A DNA stretch of 64,000 nucleotides from an uncultured bacterium (GCA_963722385.1 CAVRKK010000001.1:128001-192000), one strand, 5' to 3'. Shown: positions 11,363 through 22,344, counted from the stretch's first letter. Numbers and translations are program-made. Notes: generated from the letters alone by a model not told the origin.

Positions 11363-11650
11363 ATGCGATATAAGACACGAAAAATTGCGGGGATCAACGT
11401 TTTTTATCGTGAGGCTGGTAAGCCCGGTGCTCCAAAGCTACTTTTGCTCGGCGGGTTTCCGAGTTCCTCGCATCAATGGCGCGAACTGATGCCAGCTTTA
11501 GCTGATCAGTTTCACCTCATTTCGCCCGATTATCCAGGATTTGGCAATACAGATCTGAAGGATCCGAAGGAATTTGCCTATACTTTTGATCATTTAGCAG
11601 AAATTGTTGAAGAGCTTGAAGCCCCCTTAACTAGCTCAATGGAGTCCTAA
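11363..11650 (+). pseudogene. alpha/beta hydrolase N-terminal fragment
   Basis: VFYREAG...LLLGGFPSSSHQWR...PDYPGFG; truncated before the nucleophile elbow and joined to an ankyrin-gene 3' end. Confidence 0.88.
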
Positions 11651-11822
11651 CCGCGATTTAGTTGCAGCGCTTGTTCACCATAGGGAAAACCTTAATGCCC
11701 CGAATGGTTATTTTAATAGATCGCCATGCGTTACCCAGAAACCACCTGCTTCACTGAGGGTTGACAATTACTTATTCCTAATTGTATATTGTACTTATAT
11801 TAACTATAAAAATGTGGAATTT

Positions 11823-13076
11823 ATGAAATTAACGTGGATATTTAATGCTTCTTTATTTATTTCCATCTTGCTGATGAACATTGAGCACGATACATATCCA
11901 GCGCAATTACACGATGAAAACTGGTTAAAAGATGAGAACTTTTCTTTGTGGAAAGAGCGCAGACTTATGAGGTGGAATGAAGAAGGAATAGATACGTTTG
12001 CCGAAGAGTTAGCAGACTTAGCGGAAGCAGCAACTAAAGCTCTTGACAGTACATATGTTCAATCTGCCCTCTATCCTTATAACTTTTTAAGAGAGCTTCT
12101 AGATTTGCCTATGGCCTCATCGGTAACAGAAATAGACAAACCTTGGTTAGACGAATTAAGGCTTGAGGTAGAGGCCCTTGTTCTTATTGAAAGGTATGGC
12201 TGGAAACTCCCAACTGAGGCACAAAAAGAACTTACACTCGAAGCTTCTCGTCTCCTCGGCCTCAAACAACAAATAGTACCATTAAGCTCGAGCAGTGAAC
12301 TTGGCTCGTGCGAAAGAGCATCTGAGATCGAAAAACAACGGCATTATATTGTACTTTGTGAAACTCCTGACTTAGACATTCGCTTGTTTTATTTGTATCA
12401 CGAACTTGGACATACAGCACATAATGATTCTAGATTAAGCGCTTTAGTGGATAACAAAGAGGCTGATCCTAGAATTCTTGTTAATGAATCAGATTTTAAA
12501 TCTGATATAGAGGAAATAAAAAAGTATGTCTGGCGCGGAATAGCCATCCTGCCTTCTTTGCGTAATACATTGACAGGCATAACTTTGACTAAGGCATTGA
12601 ATATCCCTTGGGCACAGGAAATACTTATAAAGTATGGATGGTTATGGGATCCTCCAAAAGATCCCGAAGAAAAAGATCAAATGATTTATGTACGTGGAAA
12701 CGAGCAAAGAGCTGATCTTTTTTCATTCAAGCAGCTTCTTAAAACTAAGAATATAAGCGCAATCTTAACTATGATATACCTTTTTGGTACCGCCGATTAC
12801 GCCGAGAATTACCTCATAATAAAAGGCGCCGGAAGTGACCACTCATCTCTTGCTGAAATTGCGCTTTATGCCATAGGTTTTCTAGCGTACCAAGGATTTG
12901 ACGTTGGGAGTCTTTTAGAACAATGGGAAAAGACGGGAATATGCAGGTCCGGAGAAAAAGAGGAAAATTATGCCAAACTCTTTACCCCTGCTTGGAGCTC
13001 TCCCCTTGTATTGCAAATAGAAAAAGCATATAAAGCCCGGAAAAAAAGAAAGGCTGAGCCAAAAATTGACCAATAA
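11823..13076 (+). CDS. secreted HExxH zinc metallopeptidase-like protein (M48-like)
   Basis: LYHELGH, EQRADLF, DHSSLAE; YPYNFLRELL repeat; TTGACA-N18-TATATT at 11761. Confidence 0.8.
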   Translation: MKLTWIFNASLFISILLMNIEHDTYPAQLHDENWLKDENFSLWKERRLMRWNEEGIDTFAEELADLAEAATKALDSTYVQSALYPYNFLRELLDLPMASSVTEIDKPWLDELRLEVEALVLIERYGWKLPTEAQKELTLEASRLLGLKQQIVPLSSSSELGSCERASEIEKQRHYIVLCETPDLDIRLFYLYHELGHTAHNDSRLSALVDNKEADPRILVNESDFKSDIEEIKKYVWRGIAILPSLRNTLTGITLTKALNIPWAQEILIKYGWLWDPPKDPEEKDQMIYVRGNEQRADLFSFKQLLKTKNISAILTMIYLFGTADYAENYLIIKGAGSDHSSLAEIALYAIGFLAYQGFDVGSLLEQWEKTGICRSGEKEENYAKLFTPAWSSPLVLQIEKAYKARKKRKAEPKIDQ

Positions 13077-13482
13077 TGGCTAAGAGCTCATCTATATCTT
13101 TCTTGTTGATTGCTCACAATTTTTGAAATAAAAAGCGCTGATTTTTAAGCCGGCTTCTTTGATGATGGACAGAATAATGAACACTTGATGTTTGGCTGTA
13201 GAAACATTGCTAATCAAATAAAAAAATAATGGAGATAGAGGCTCACAAGTTTTACCTTGCATCTTTAATTAACTGGTTGTTAGACCTATTAATTAAAGCA
13301 AGCTTCAAACTACTCCTCTATCTCTACTTAATAGATTATCATAAAAATTTCAGTTTGTCAAGTTTGGATGTATTGCCTCGAGTAGCGCCTTGTTGAGGGC
13401 GATTTAATGCAAAAAGCCGAATAACCATAAGAGGGACGGCGGTTGCATGCGAACTATTTTGCCTGAGCTTTAAAGCAAAGTC

Positions 13483-14940
13483 TTAACCGCCCTTGACAAC
13501 TGCGAGAGGAACAAGGCGAGCGACGGGACGCGCCAATTGTGCTTCTTGTGTAACACGAACGACTTCGTCAACGTCTTTGTATGCAAAGGGTGCTTCTTCT
13601 GCCAGGCCGGGATCTGAATCTGAGCACATGACGATACCTTTGCTTTCAAGCTCTTGACGAAGAATCGAGCCACGAACACTCTTTTTGGCTTTAGCACGCG
13701 ACATGCGTCGCCCAGCACCATGACATGAGGAACCGAATGCTTCGGTCATACCTTCTTGAGTACCGACGAGAACATAAGAAGCAGTTCCCATGGTTCCCGG
13801 TATAAGAACAGGATGGCCGACAGATCGATAAGGCAAGATAATAGCTGGATTGCCAGCCGCAAAAGCACGTGTAGCTCCTTTACGGTGTACAATTAGCTCG
13901 CGCTCTTTGTTGTTGATAGTGTGTGTTTCTTTCTTGCCTATATTATGGGATATGTCATAGATGGTTTTAACGCGAGCCTGGGGGCCCAGTATATCTGCGC
14001 AAGCGGTACGTACTTTATGGCCGATAAGATGGCGATTTGCCCAGGCAAAATTAGCAGCAGCACACATCGCTTTAAAGTACTGCTGCCCTTCAAGCGAATT
14101 AAAGGGAGCGCAGGCAAGTTCAGGGTCAGGTAACACGATCTTCCAAGATTCAAGTTTAGGTAAAAAAGTACGTACGTAATCGGTGCATATCTGATGTCCA
14201 AGCCCTCGTGATCCACAGTGGATCATAATAGTTACTTTGTTAAGCTCTAAGCCGTAAAAACGAGCGATCTGCTCATCATAAATCTGCTCGACCTTTTGAA
14301 TTTCAAGGAAATGATTACCTGAGCCAAGTGTTCCTAACTGGTCACGTCCGCGATTACGTGCTTTACCAGAAACAAGGTCAGGGTCGGCTTGTGCAAGGAC
14401 CCCGTTTTCCTCGCAATAATCAATATCTTCTTGCTCGCCATAGCCGAGCTTGAGCAGGCAAGGAGCTCCCTGGCTCAGGATCTGGTTAAGCTCTGGGTCT
14501 TTAAGTCTGAGTAAGCCTCCGCGACCTACGCCTGAAGGTACATCGTCAAAAAGTCTATATGCTAGTTCTTTGAGGAAGGGCGAGAGGTCCAGTGCTGTAA
14601 GATTAAGACTTAAAAGTCTTACGCCGCAATTGATATCGTAGCCTATGCCTCCTGGAGAAATAACGCCACCCTGGTCAAGAGCCATTGCAGCCACACCACC
14701 AATGGGAAAGCCGTACCCTTCGTGAATGTCAGGCATGGCTAAAGCTGCCTTTTGTATGCCAGGTAGCGTAGCTACATTGGTAAGTTGCCAAAGAGATCTG
14801 TCGGCCAGAATTTCTTGAATCATATTTTCGCTGGCAAAAACACGAGCAGGTACTCGCATGGCTGGGTTATAGCTTGGTGAAATTTCAAAAAGTGCCTTAT
14901 GTATTTTGATAAGATCATTGCGCGTAAGTGCTTGTTGCAT
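13483..14940 (-). CDS. rtcB: RNA-splicing/repair ligase RtcB
   Basis: MPDIHEGYGFPIGG, GYDINCGVR, LGTLGSGNHFLE, HCGSRG, HRKGATR, PGTMG, SSCHGAGR, EEAPFAYKD, final VKG. Confidence 0.97.
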   Translation of the reverse strand: MQQALTRNDLIKIHKALFEISPSYNPAMRVPARVFASENMIQEILADRSLWQLTNVATLPGIQKAALAMPDIHEGYGFPIGGVAAMALDQGGVISPGGIGYDINCGVRLLSLNLTALDLSPFLKELAYRLFDDVPSGVGRGGLLRLKDPELNQILSQGAPCLLKLGYGEQEDIDYCEENGVLAQADPDLVSGKARNRGRDQLGTLGSGNHFLEIQKVEQIYDEQIARFYGLELNKVTIMIHCGSRGLGHQICTDYVRTFLPKLESWKIVLPDPELACAPFNSLEGQQYFKAMCAAANFAWANRHLIGHKVRTACADILGPQARVKTIYDISHNIGKKETHTINNKERELIVHRKGATRAFAAGNPAIILPYRSVGHPVLIPGTMGTASYVLVGTQEGMTEAFGSSCHGAGRRMSRAKAKKSVRGSILRQELESKGIVMCSDSDPGLAEEAPFAYKDVDEVVRVTQEAQLARPVARLVPLAVVKGG

Positions 14941-14956
14941 ATAGTACCTTTAATGC

Positions 14957-15379
14957 TTAAATATCAAATACAACGGTTGCTTGCCATAAACCATGAATGT
15001 ATTCAACGCTGATATCATGATAAGTAACTGCTTTGATTTCTGGACCTTCAAAGCCACTTATAGCGTAACCATGTACGATCGCTTTAACATCTGTATCGCT
15101 ACAAAGCTCTATCGTAGCTGTCTGATACGCTTCATTGTGCACGTCTGAAAGGTAGAGGCACTCCGCAAGAAATTCTATAAGAAGGTACGCTCTTTTTGAA
15201 GAGTGCACGATGACCTCCCGGTCTACTTGAGTGATGGGTATTTTTTTACGCGGGTGCACTATTGCAAACATTCCTTGAAGGGCATTAGTAAATAACTCAG
15301 GCACAGAAGCGCCATAAGCACGCATCTTAAGATCCGCAGTATGCGCAAGCATCTCATAGGGTTGATCAGAAGCGCTCAT
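14957..15379 (-). CDS. archease
   Basis: YEMLAHTADL ... EIKAVTYH ... VVFDI archease signature; directly upstream of rtcB. Confidence 0.95.
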   Translation of the reverse strand: MSASDQPYEMLAHTADLKMRAYGASVPELFTNALQGMFAIVHPRKKIPITQVDREVIVHSSKRAYLLIEFLAECLYLSDVHNEAYQTATIELCSDTDVKAIVHGYAISGFEGPEIKAVTYHDISVEYIHGLWQATVVFDI

Positions 15380-15956
15380 TAATCTCCTTCTGTAACTTTT
15401 GATTAACTTACTCTTTTTGCTTCTCTTTCACAAGAGAAAGCTGTAATTTAAAATTTTCCGGCTCATGATAATATGTTACAGGTTCCATCTATTATGGTTT
15501 ACAGCTCCATCGGACTAAATCAATTCTTGCTTAATATACATAATATATATTAACTATGTGATTAATTTAAGAAATAAGGTATACGATGAAGAAAATAAAT
15601 ATAACCTTAGACTGCGTATTTTTATTTTCATGCAAGAATATTATTAGCAAAATAATTTTCATGAAGTTGCAATTCGAGCAAACAATCAGCTTATGACAAA
15701 TATCTATCGTTACATCAGTTATTTATAGGAGATGCAACCTCGGCTGAACTACGAGATAGGTAATTCCTATCTTATGATCACTTAGTTTTAGGGATAGTAG
15801 GCAAATTTGCTGATCGTATCAAATCTGCTGTTGAGCCTGGTATAAGAAAAAGCATTAACTTTCTTTATGGAAAAAATATTATTGAAAAATGTATATGATA
15901 GGTACATAGGTACATGAGTAGGACGAACATAGGTCCTACTCACGATTTTGCTTGGC

Positions 15957-16841
15957 TCATTGACCAATATAGCAAGTGGAATCATCCGGACGGTTGCATT
16001 TTGCCAGACAAGCTTTATCATTGCAGCAAATGTCTACTGCAAAGCTGTTTCCATTATCTAAATTCATAGCATTCTTATTTTCTATCTTTGGAAATTGCTC
16101 AGGACAAGGCATTTCATAGTAAGAACTATATCCATACTTAAAACATTTTTTGGATTTTTTATCGTAATGACTGGAAGAACAACATACTCCATCATTCGGC
16201 ACAAAAATCTGGCCCTGAGGACAACATTGCTTAGTTTTTGTGTTGAACATATCTGCAGAACAGCATAAACTGATACTTGGATCCCAGGATGACCCTTGTG
16301 GACAGCAACTACCTGCTCCCGGCTTATTTGAGGGATTGCTATAAACCTGACCCTGTTCACAACATTTTTTTGTATCTGGATTAAATGTCCGACCTGAAGG
16401 ACAACACCCCTTTCCTTGAGCATTTGAGCAAAAATTGATAACGTTCCATTGCTGGTTAGTTTGGCCGATTACGACCGGGGCTAATGCAAGAACTGATGCG
16501 GGGGTATTGAGTGTAATTCTTCCAAGTTCACTTACCTGAGGCCTGCCTGGTCCGGGCGGATTCCAAAAATCAAAATATTGAATAACACAAGAATTATTGA
16601 ATTTAAGGCTCTTAATTTCAGCCGGGGCTATAGCTCCGGAATAGCGAGGACTATTCGGATTACAGTTGCAATCTGCTTTAGGTAAACACCGCAGCGTTAG
16701 ATTAACACTCTCGGGCCCTTGATTCTTAATCTGGACCTCAACATCAGCGCGAGCTTGGCTCGCAAGAAAAGCAAGATAAACAATACCTGTAAATCGTACC
16801 ATTTTGTTTGATTTATTTAACATCTTTATTACTATATTCAT
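15957..16841 (-). CDS. secreted cysteine-rich CCPxG-repeat protein with N-terminal beta-rich domain
   Basis: Signal peptide; repeated CCPSG/CCEQG/CCPQG and NPDTKKCC. Confidence 0.85.
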   Translation of the reverse strand: MNIVIKMLNKSNKMVRFTGIVYLAFLASQARADVEVQIKNQGPESVNLTLRCLPKADCNCNPNSPRYSGAIAPAEIKSLKFNNSCVIQYFDFWNPPGPGRPQVSELGRITLNTPASVLALAPVVIGQTNQQWNVINFCSNAQGKGCCPSGRTFNPDTKKCCEQGQVYSNPSNKPGAGSCCPQGSSWDPSISLCCSADMFNTKTKQCCPQGQIFVPNDGVCCSSSHYDKKSKKCFKYGYSSYYEMPCPEQFPKIENKNAMNLDNGNSFAVDICCNDKACLAKCNRPDDSTCYIGQ

Positions 16842-16867
16842 AGAAATTTCTCCTTACCTGAGCGGAC

Positions 16868-17683
16868 TTAGTGTTGACTAGATGGGAGCATGCACAAATC
16901 ACCGTTGTTATTATTACAACATGCATCAATAGAGCAACATGCAATACCCCCATCTGTACTATATTTCATCACACCACTAAGCGTGGTGTTAAAAGTCTTT
17001 TTTATAGGAAAGCCCTGAGGACAGCAGATGCCAAGCGCATGGTTAAAACCAGTACTACAACACGTCTTTGATTTCGGATCGTATTTGTCTTCCTTGCAAC
17101 ATTTTTTAGAAGAAGAAGCGTAGATCTCACCTTTTGGACAACAGCCGCCGCTAGCATATACCATACCTGCTTTGCAGCAACCACCTGATCCTGGCTTTCC
17201 GGTAAATAGTTCTCCTTCAGGACAACACTTTTTAGTATCAGGATCATAAGTACCCTGCGCACAACAAACCTTGCCTTCAGCACTATAGCTTGTACCAGAT
17301 TTGCAGCAACCACCTGATCCTGGCTTTCCAGTGAATAGTTCTCCTTCAGGACAACACTTTTTAGTATCAGGGTTATAAGTACCGGATGCGCAACAAACCT
17401 TACCTTCAGCAACGTAGCTTGTACCAATAGGACAGCACGTATTAGTGTCAGAATTAAACTTATCCTTTGAGCAACAGCCAGTTATACCAAATAAAAGACC
17501 TTGCTTACAGCAACCTCCTTTACTTGCTCCAGGTGGTGGCTTATGATACAACTGTCCAAAGGGGCAGCATGATCGATCATCCGGGTTGTAAGATAAATTT
17601 CTACTTTTGCAAACCGATTGATCTATGCCTTGAGCTTTATAAAGCAATAGCGAAAAAATTGCCATGAACAATACTCTTTTCAT
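16868..17683 (-). CDS. secreted cysteine-rich CCPxG-repeat protein
   Basis: Signal peptide; many CC doublets; 43-aa (129-bp) tandem repeat GTSYxAEGKVCCAxGTYxPDTKKCCPEGELFTGKPGSGGCCK. Confidence 0.88.
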   Translation of the reverse strand: MKRVLFMAIFSLLLYKAQGIDQSVCKSRNLSYNPDDRSCCPFGQLYHKPPPGASKGGCCKQGLLFGITGCCSKDKFNSDTNTCCPIGTSYVAEGKVCCASGTYNPDTKKCCPEGELFTGKPGSGGCCKSGTSYSAEGKVCCAQGTYDPDTKKCCPEGELFTGKPGSGGCCKAGMVYASGGCCPKGEIYASSSKKCCKEDKYDPKSKTCCSTGFNHALGICCPQGFPIKKTFNTTLSGVMKYSTDGGIACCSIDACCNNNNGDLCMLPSSQH

Positions 17684-17999
17684 AAGCTTTTCCTTTTGGT
17701 AATTTGTGAAAAAAGATTACAATTACCATTGTAATAAAATCTCTGCTTGAAAATCAACATTTGGCAAGGCCAGTTTTTCAAAATATTTCAGATTGTGGTT
17801 TTCTTCATTAAGCCAAGATACCTCTATACTTTCAGAATCCCAATGGCAGAAACAACGACTTAGCAAATTTATTACTTATAGCAAAAAGTCTTCATTCAAA
17901 GCCTAATAAGGCACCATTCAATCTACTACAATAGCGCTCAGGCTTAACTGGGCAAAAGCCAAGAACTTTTGAGAAGTGATCGTAACAAAAAAGGCCCAT

Positions 18000-18276
18000 A
18001 CCGTGCTGCGTAATGGGTTGGCTCATTACCATTATTATTACAAGCATTAATTTGCGCACCATGCTCAAGAAGCCACTCTAGTACATCTAAGCTGCGTAAT
18101 GCATTGGCTCCTTGCCATTATTATCACCGAGTATTAATTTGAGCTCCATGGTCCAGAAGCCAATTTAGTATATCTACGTGACCATTTTCAGCTGCAACAT
18201 GTATTAGCTTATGGCTGGTACTTTCTTTTACCTTGGTTCATACCTAATGCTTCTATAACCATAGATATTGATAAAA
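18000..18276 (-). pseudogene. 5' remnant of an ankyrin gene, cut by IS5
   Basis: LSISMVIEALGMNQGKRKY.. and HVAAENGHVDILNWLLDHGAQIN parallel 35673..36101; several frameshifts. Confidence 0.8.
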
Positions 18277-19256
18277 GAGCTTGTTTGAAAATCATAGTTT
18301 AAATTGATCCAATGAGCATTTTCATATTTTTGAAGTTAAGAAACCGTGATGTTATCAAAGTAAAAACAAAGAAATGATTTTGGTATAAGTTTGATAACTT
18401 CTTAGTAGAAATAGTTTTAAGTTGTTTAAAAGCATTGATCCAAGCAAATGCATGCTCTACAAGGGGCCTTTTGGAATCGCGAGAAACAATATATGGAGCT
18501 GTAAAGCCATGATTTCTAACAGGAATCTCAGCTCGACCGCCCATTCTTGAGATAAAAAGTCGATTTTTTAGAGAATCAAAACCCTTGTCAGCATGTCCAA
18601 AAAAGCCTTTAGGAAGAGCAAATCTACCATCTGTTTGAGCCAATAATTCAGGCAAAAAAGTCGTATCATTTGCAGTTCCTTTAGCTAAAATTAAAGCTAG
18701 CGGAATTCCTTTGCTATCCGAAGAAATCAAACGATTAATGCAATTTTTGTTCTTATGGCGAGGGTTTTGATTTTATATCGATGCTTGATACCGTCAGAAC
18801 GAGAGATCCATCGAATAGCAATCTCCTTAGATCGATTTTACCTCTATCAGCAGCAAATTTATTTATCACTTCCCATGCCTTTCTAAAGATTTCAAGCTTG
18901 TTTATGCGACTATACCACCCATAAACTGTTCTCCCAGTTGCCAAATTCCAGTGGTAGCAATCTCCATTGACAGCCTGATTTCATATAATACAATATCCCA
19001 AATATAACTTTGCCAAGATTGTGTCGTCTTTTTCCATGTTTTTGCACGCCAATTATTTTTCTGATAAACTTTTTAATGAATTCTATAAACAGCTTCAGCT
19101 TTTTAAAATTTCCGTACACCGAAATAAGCATTTGAAGCATTCTTTGCTTCATTTTTAATCCCCGACTAAGGTTTTTTGCGATTTCTTCTTCGGGGATTTC
19201 TTAGCTCTGTTTCAATCTTTTTTCAATTTTTTTCTACACAATAATCAAACAAGCTC
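18277..19256 (-). mobile_element. IS5-family element, transposase in three frames
   Basis: 12-bp terminal IR gagcttgtttga / tcaaacaagctc; GILYYMKSGCQWRLLP, FDGS, DSKGIPL, HADKGFDS, RPLVEHAFAWI. Confidence 0.9.
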
Positions 19257-19481
19257 ATGGAATTGATGGTGCAATTAGCGAATACTATGTTTTTGAAAAA
19301 GAGGCATTTAGTTCTGGTAGTTGATGATACGTTAATCAGAAAAATCTATTCTCGCTAAAAACGAACAAGAACGGGCTTCGGCTTATCTTTTTAGGTTGAC
19401 TATAAATCCACTTTGCCCAAAGTATTGTTATTTGCCCTGGGCCGTTTTTTGCTGGCCTTTTGCCATATGATTGCCGTTATG

Positions 19482-21062
19482 TTATGAGGCAGTAATATTC
19501 TTTGCTACCCAGTCGATTGTCAATTGCTTTTCTTCGTAATTAAAAGAGAGACCTACGAGAATAATCGCTTTTCCTTTGTTGAGATATTTTTCATAATATT
19601 TTCGATCTTGAATTTGTTGAAGAGCTTCTTGGCTCGTGGCATTAAATTTGAACTCGAATACAAAGATACGGTTCTTGGTAATGAGTGTTGAGTCTATTCT
19701 TCCTTTGCTGGTGGGTTCTTCTGACTGTATGCTAAAGCCAAGTAAATCAGCCAAAAGATGAAAAAGTGAATGGAAGTAAGCCTCATTATTTACGTAAAGG
19801 TTGTATGGGATGTTAGCCAATAGGCTTCTTAAATGGGAGCAAAATGTTTCGATATCATTTTTTTCTAGTGCTGTGCGCATAACAAAGACAGCAGCGTCAA
19901 CTTCCTGTTTGCCTTTGCTGGTCACAATGCTGACAAGATATGCGGTTATCGAAATCCTCACTTCTTCATTAGGGTATGTTAACGTATATGTTTTTAAGTC
20001 TTTGTCGAAATCTTTAATGGTGAGATACCCTGTTTGGAAAAGGAGCGTGTTAAGTGGTAGCCTTTGTTCTAGATCGAAAGCACCAAGGCTTTCTCTCTTT
20101 AAAACAACGTTATCAAAATCAGTAAAGGGCTCATGTAATTCTTTATACTGAGTTTTAAGCAGATCAATGAGAAAAGAAGGGGTGCCAGATTCAAACCAAT
20201 AGTTATTGATCTCTTTTTTTCGTAGGCAATGAAGTATGGAGAAAGGGTTATAAACTTTTTCAGCGTTCTCATTACCTGAGAATTTATACCCGTTATACCA
20301 TCGTTTTATTTCTTTCTCTAGAAGGTCGGTTGAAGTATGGGCATCATGGCAAAAAATCTCAATATAGGGTTTAAAGTATTTTCTAATTTCTTCTTCTGTA
20401 TAGCCTAGAAGCGTTGCTCCTGGCAGATCCAAAGAAATGTCATTCAGATTGTTCATTCCTGAAAATATAGATGTTTTAGAAAATTTTGTTACACCGGTTA
20501 TGAGTATAAAACGCATATAAGCATCAAGACTTTTGACTACGGTGAAGAAACTACTCAAGACTTCTCTTATAGCTTTTGCTTTTTCTATTAAGACAAGATT
20601 TTTCAAAAGAGGGTAATCATACTCATCTACCAAAAGTACTACGTTACTTTTGGCTGCAAGTTGAGTAATAAGAGAACGTGTTTTAGTTTCGAGGGAAGGT
20701 GCATCTGCAATACTAAGGCTTGCCCCGTGTGCTACTTGTTCAAGAATCCATATAAGATCAGCTTTGAACGAATCGGCATCTTTATGCGAAATAGATGAGA
20801 AATCTAGATGAATTACCGGGGAAGGCTCCCAAGCATAATCGCTCTTGGCAATCCAGAGTTCGGCAAAAAGCTGTTTGTTGCTTAAAAATATTTGCTTGAG
20901 GGTTGAGATTAAAAGCGATTTACCAAAGCGGCGAGGACGTGATAAAAAATAAAGCCTGCCTTGCTTAATTAAGTGATAAATGTGCTCTGTCTTATCAACA
21001 TAAAGGTAATCTTGAGTGATCATTGTTGCAAAATCACTCACGTCGATAGGAAGCTTTTTCAT
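19482..21062 (-). CDS. AAA-ATPase-like protein with C-terminal PD-(D/E)XK nuclease domain
   Basis: YVDKT, LSRPRRFGKSL, LVDEYD, ITGVTKFSK, WYNGY, YNPFS, WFESGTP, GRID..FEFK..ALQQI..KY. Confidence 0.93.
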   Translation of the reverse strand: MKKLPIDVSDFATMITQDYLYVDKTEHIYHLIKQGRLYFLSRPRRFGKSLLISTLKQIFLSNKQLFAELWIAKSDYAWEPSPVIHLDFSSISHKDADSFKADLIWILEQVAHGASLSIADAPSLETKTRSLITQLAAKSNVVLLVDEYDYPLLKNLVLIEKAKAIREVLSSFFTVVKSLDAYMRFILITGVTKFSKTSIFSGMNNLNDISLDLPGATLLGYTEEEIRKYFKPYIEIFCHDAHTSTDLLEKEIKRWYNGYKFSGNENAEKVYNPFSILHCLRKKEINNYWFESGTPSFLIDLLKTQYKELHEPFTDFDNVVLKRESLGAFDLEQRLPLNTLLFQTGYLTIKDFDKDLKTYTLTYPNEEVRISITAYLVSIVTSKGKQEVDAAVFVMRTALEKNDIETFCSHLRSLLANIPYNLYVNNEAYFHSLFHLLADLLGFSIQSEEPTSKGRIDSTLITKNRIFVFEFKFNATSQEALQQIQDRKYYEKYLNKGKAIILVGLSFNYEEKQLTIDWVAKNITAS

Positions 21063-21096
21063 AATGGAGTCTCCGTAGTTGTTTAACTTTATGCTT

Positions 21097-21420
21097 TTAT
21101 TTAACAGGCCTACCTACGGATAACCGTTCTTTCTTTCTAAAAGGATAAGCAGAACCACGTCCCTGTTCAAGCTCAGACACGGCTTTTGCAAGAGCTTGTT
21201 CTGCGAAAGCAGCTATCGTAAGATCCGGTTCCCAATAAACAGCATTTTTAATTTTATCTATAAGATCCACGGGAATGTAGATAGTCATTCTTTGTTTTCT
21301 GGTAATGCTAATCTTGGGCTCAAGCTTAGTAGTGGTTGGACTGTCAGAGGTTTGAATAGTTTGGTTAAGTGATAAGTAGTGCTCTAAGGGGTGAGTCCCA
21401 ATTGTTTTTTGCTTTGCCAT
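21097..21420 (-). CDS. small ParA partner, probable ribbon-helix-helix DNA-binding protein
   Basis: KQRMTIYIPVDLIDKIKNAVYW RHH-like pattern; GGAG RBS; directly downstream of parA. Confidence 0.7.
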   Translation of the reverse strand: MAKQKTIGTHPLEHYLSLNQTIQTSDSPTTTKLEPKISITRKQRMTIYIPVDLIDKIKNAVYWEPDLTIAAFAEQALAKAVSELEQGRGSAYPFRKKERLSVGRPVK

Positions 21421-21432
21421 AATTGTCTCCAA

Positions 21433-21540
21433 TAACAGTATTTTAACCAATTTAACCATTTTCATAAATGTAACCAATGTATATATTGTATACAATTGTG
21501 CTAATTATGAAAATACACATATTAACACCATTTTCATAAT
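21433..21540. repeat. array of 12 degenerate 9-bp units
   Basis: taacagtat tttaaccaa tttaaccat tttcataaa tgtaaccaa tgtatatat tgtatacaa ttgtgctaa ttatgaaaa tacacatat taacaccat tttcataat. Confidence 0.7.
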
Positions 21541-22320
21541 TGGTGTGATGATGGCTTGGAATGCTTTTTTCTTGCATAATAACTTCTTGAGCTAAAGCCT
21601 GATAGTCGCGGGTTCCGGTACTTTCTGGGGCATATACCGTAATTGATTGATTAAAAGAAGGAGCTTCAGCAAGGCGAATGTTTTCATGAATGACTGTTTG
21701 ATACACCAAAGGGCCAAAGTTTTTGCGTAAGGCATCAACCACATCTTTAGAGTGTTTGGTTCTTGAATCGACCCTGCAAGCAAAAATGCCAGTTATTTTT
21801 AACGTGCTATTAAGTCTCTCTTTAATAACATCAACAGTATTGAGAAGCTGTACAAGGCCAGCAAGAGCCATAATGCGTGATTCAACGGAATGATAAGCTC
21901 ATCAACGGCATTAAGCGCATTAACCGTTAATAATCCCAAAGTTGGGGGACAATCAATCAGGATGTAATCCCATGCTGTTTCATCCAGTTGTTTGAGTTTA
22001 GTCTTTAAGACTGTTTCAGCACCCACCTCATGGGCAAGCGTCTTTTCTAAACCTATGAGCCATGAAGATGATGAAATGGTGCTAATGTAATCAATACATG
22101 TATTGGTGATAATACTGTTAATGTGTACATTACTCGTCAATACATCTAATAGGCCTCGTGATTCAGATGAGCAACCGAGCCAAGCAGAGGCCGAAGCCTG
22201 AGGGTCGAAGTCAATAACAAGAACTCTTCTCTTTTGTTCTGCAAGGGTAGCTGCCAAGTTAACGTGGTTGTAGTTTTACCACCTCCCACCTTTTTGATTG
22301 ATGATAGCTATTTTTCTCAT
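21452..22320 (-). pseudogene. parA: ParA/Soj ATPase with several frameshifts
   Basis: MRKIAIINQKGG/GKTTT/VNLAATLA, VIDFDPQAS, DYILIDCPPTLG, IRLAEAPS; breaks near 22280, 22262 and ~21880. Confidence 0.9.
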
Positions 22321-22344
22321 AATTAACTCACTTTACTAACTAAA

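Noticed and set aside
19257..19325. Possible alcohol-dehydrogenase remnant (GIDGAISEYYVF) next to IS5
   Set aside because: Too short to support
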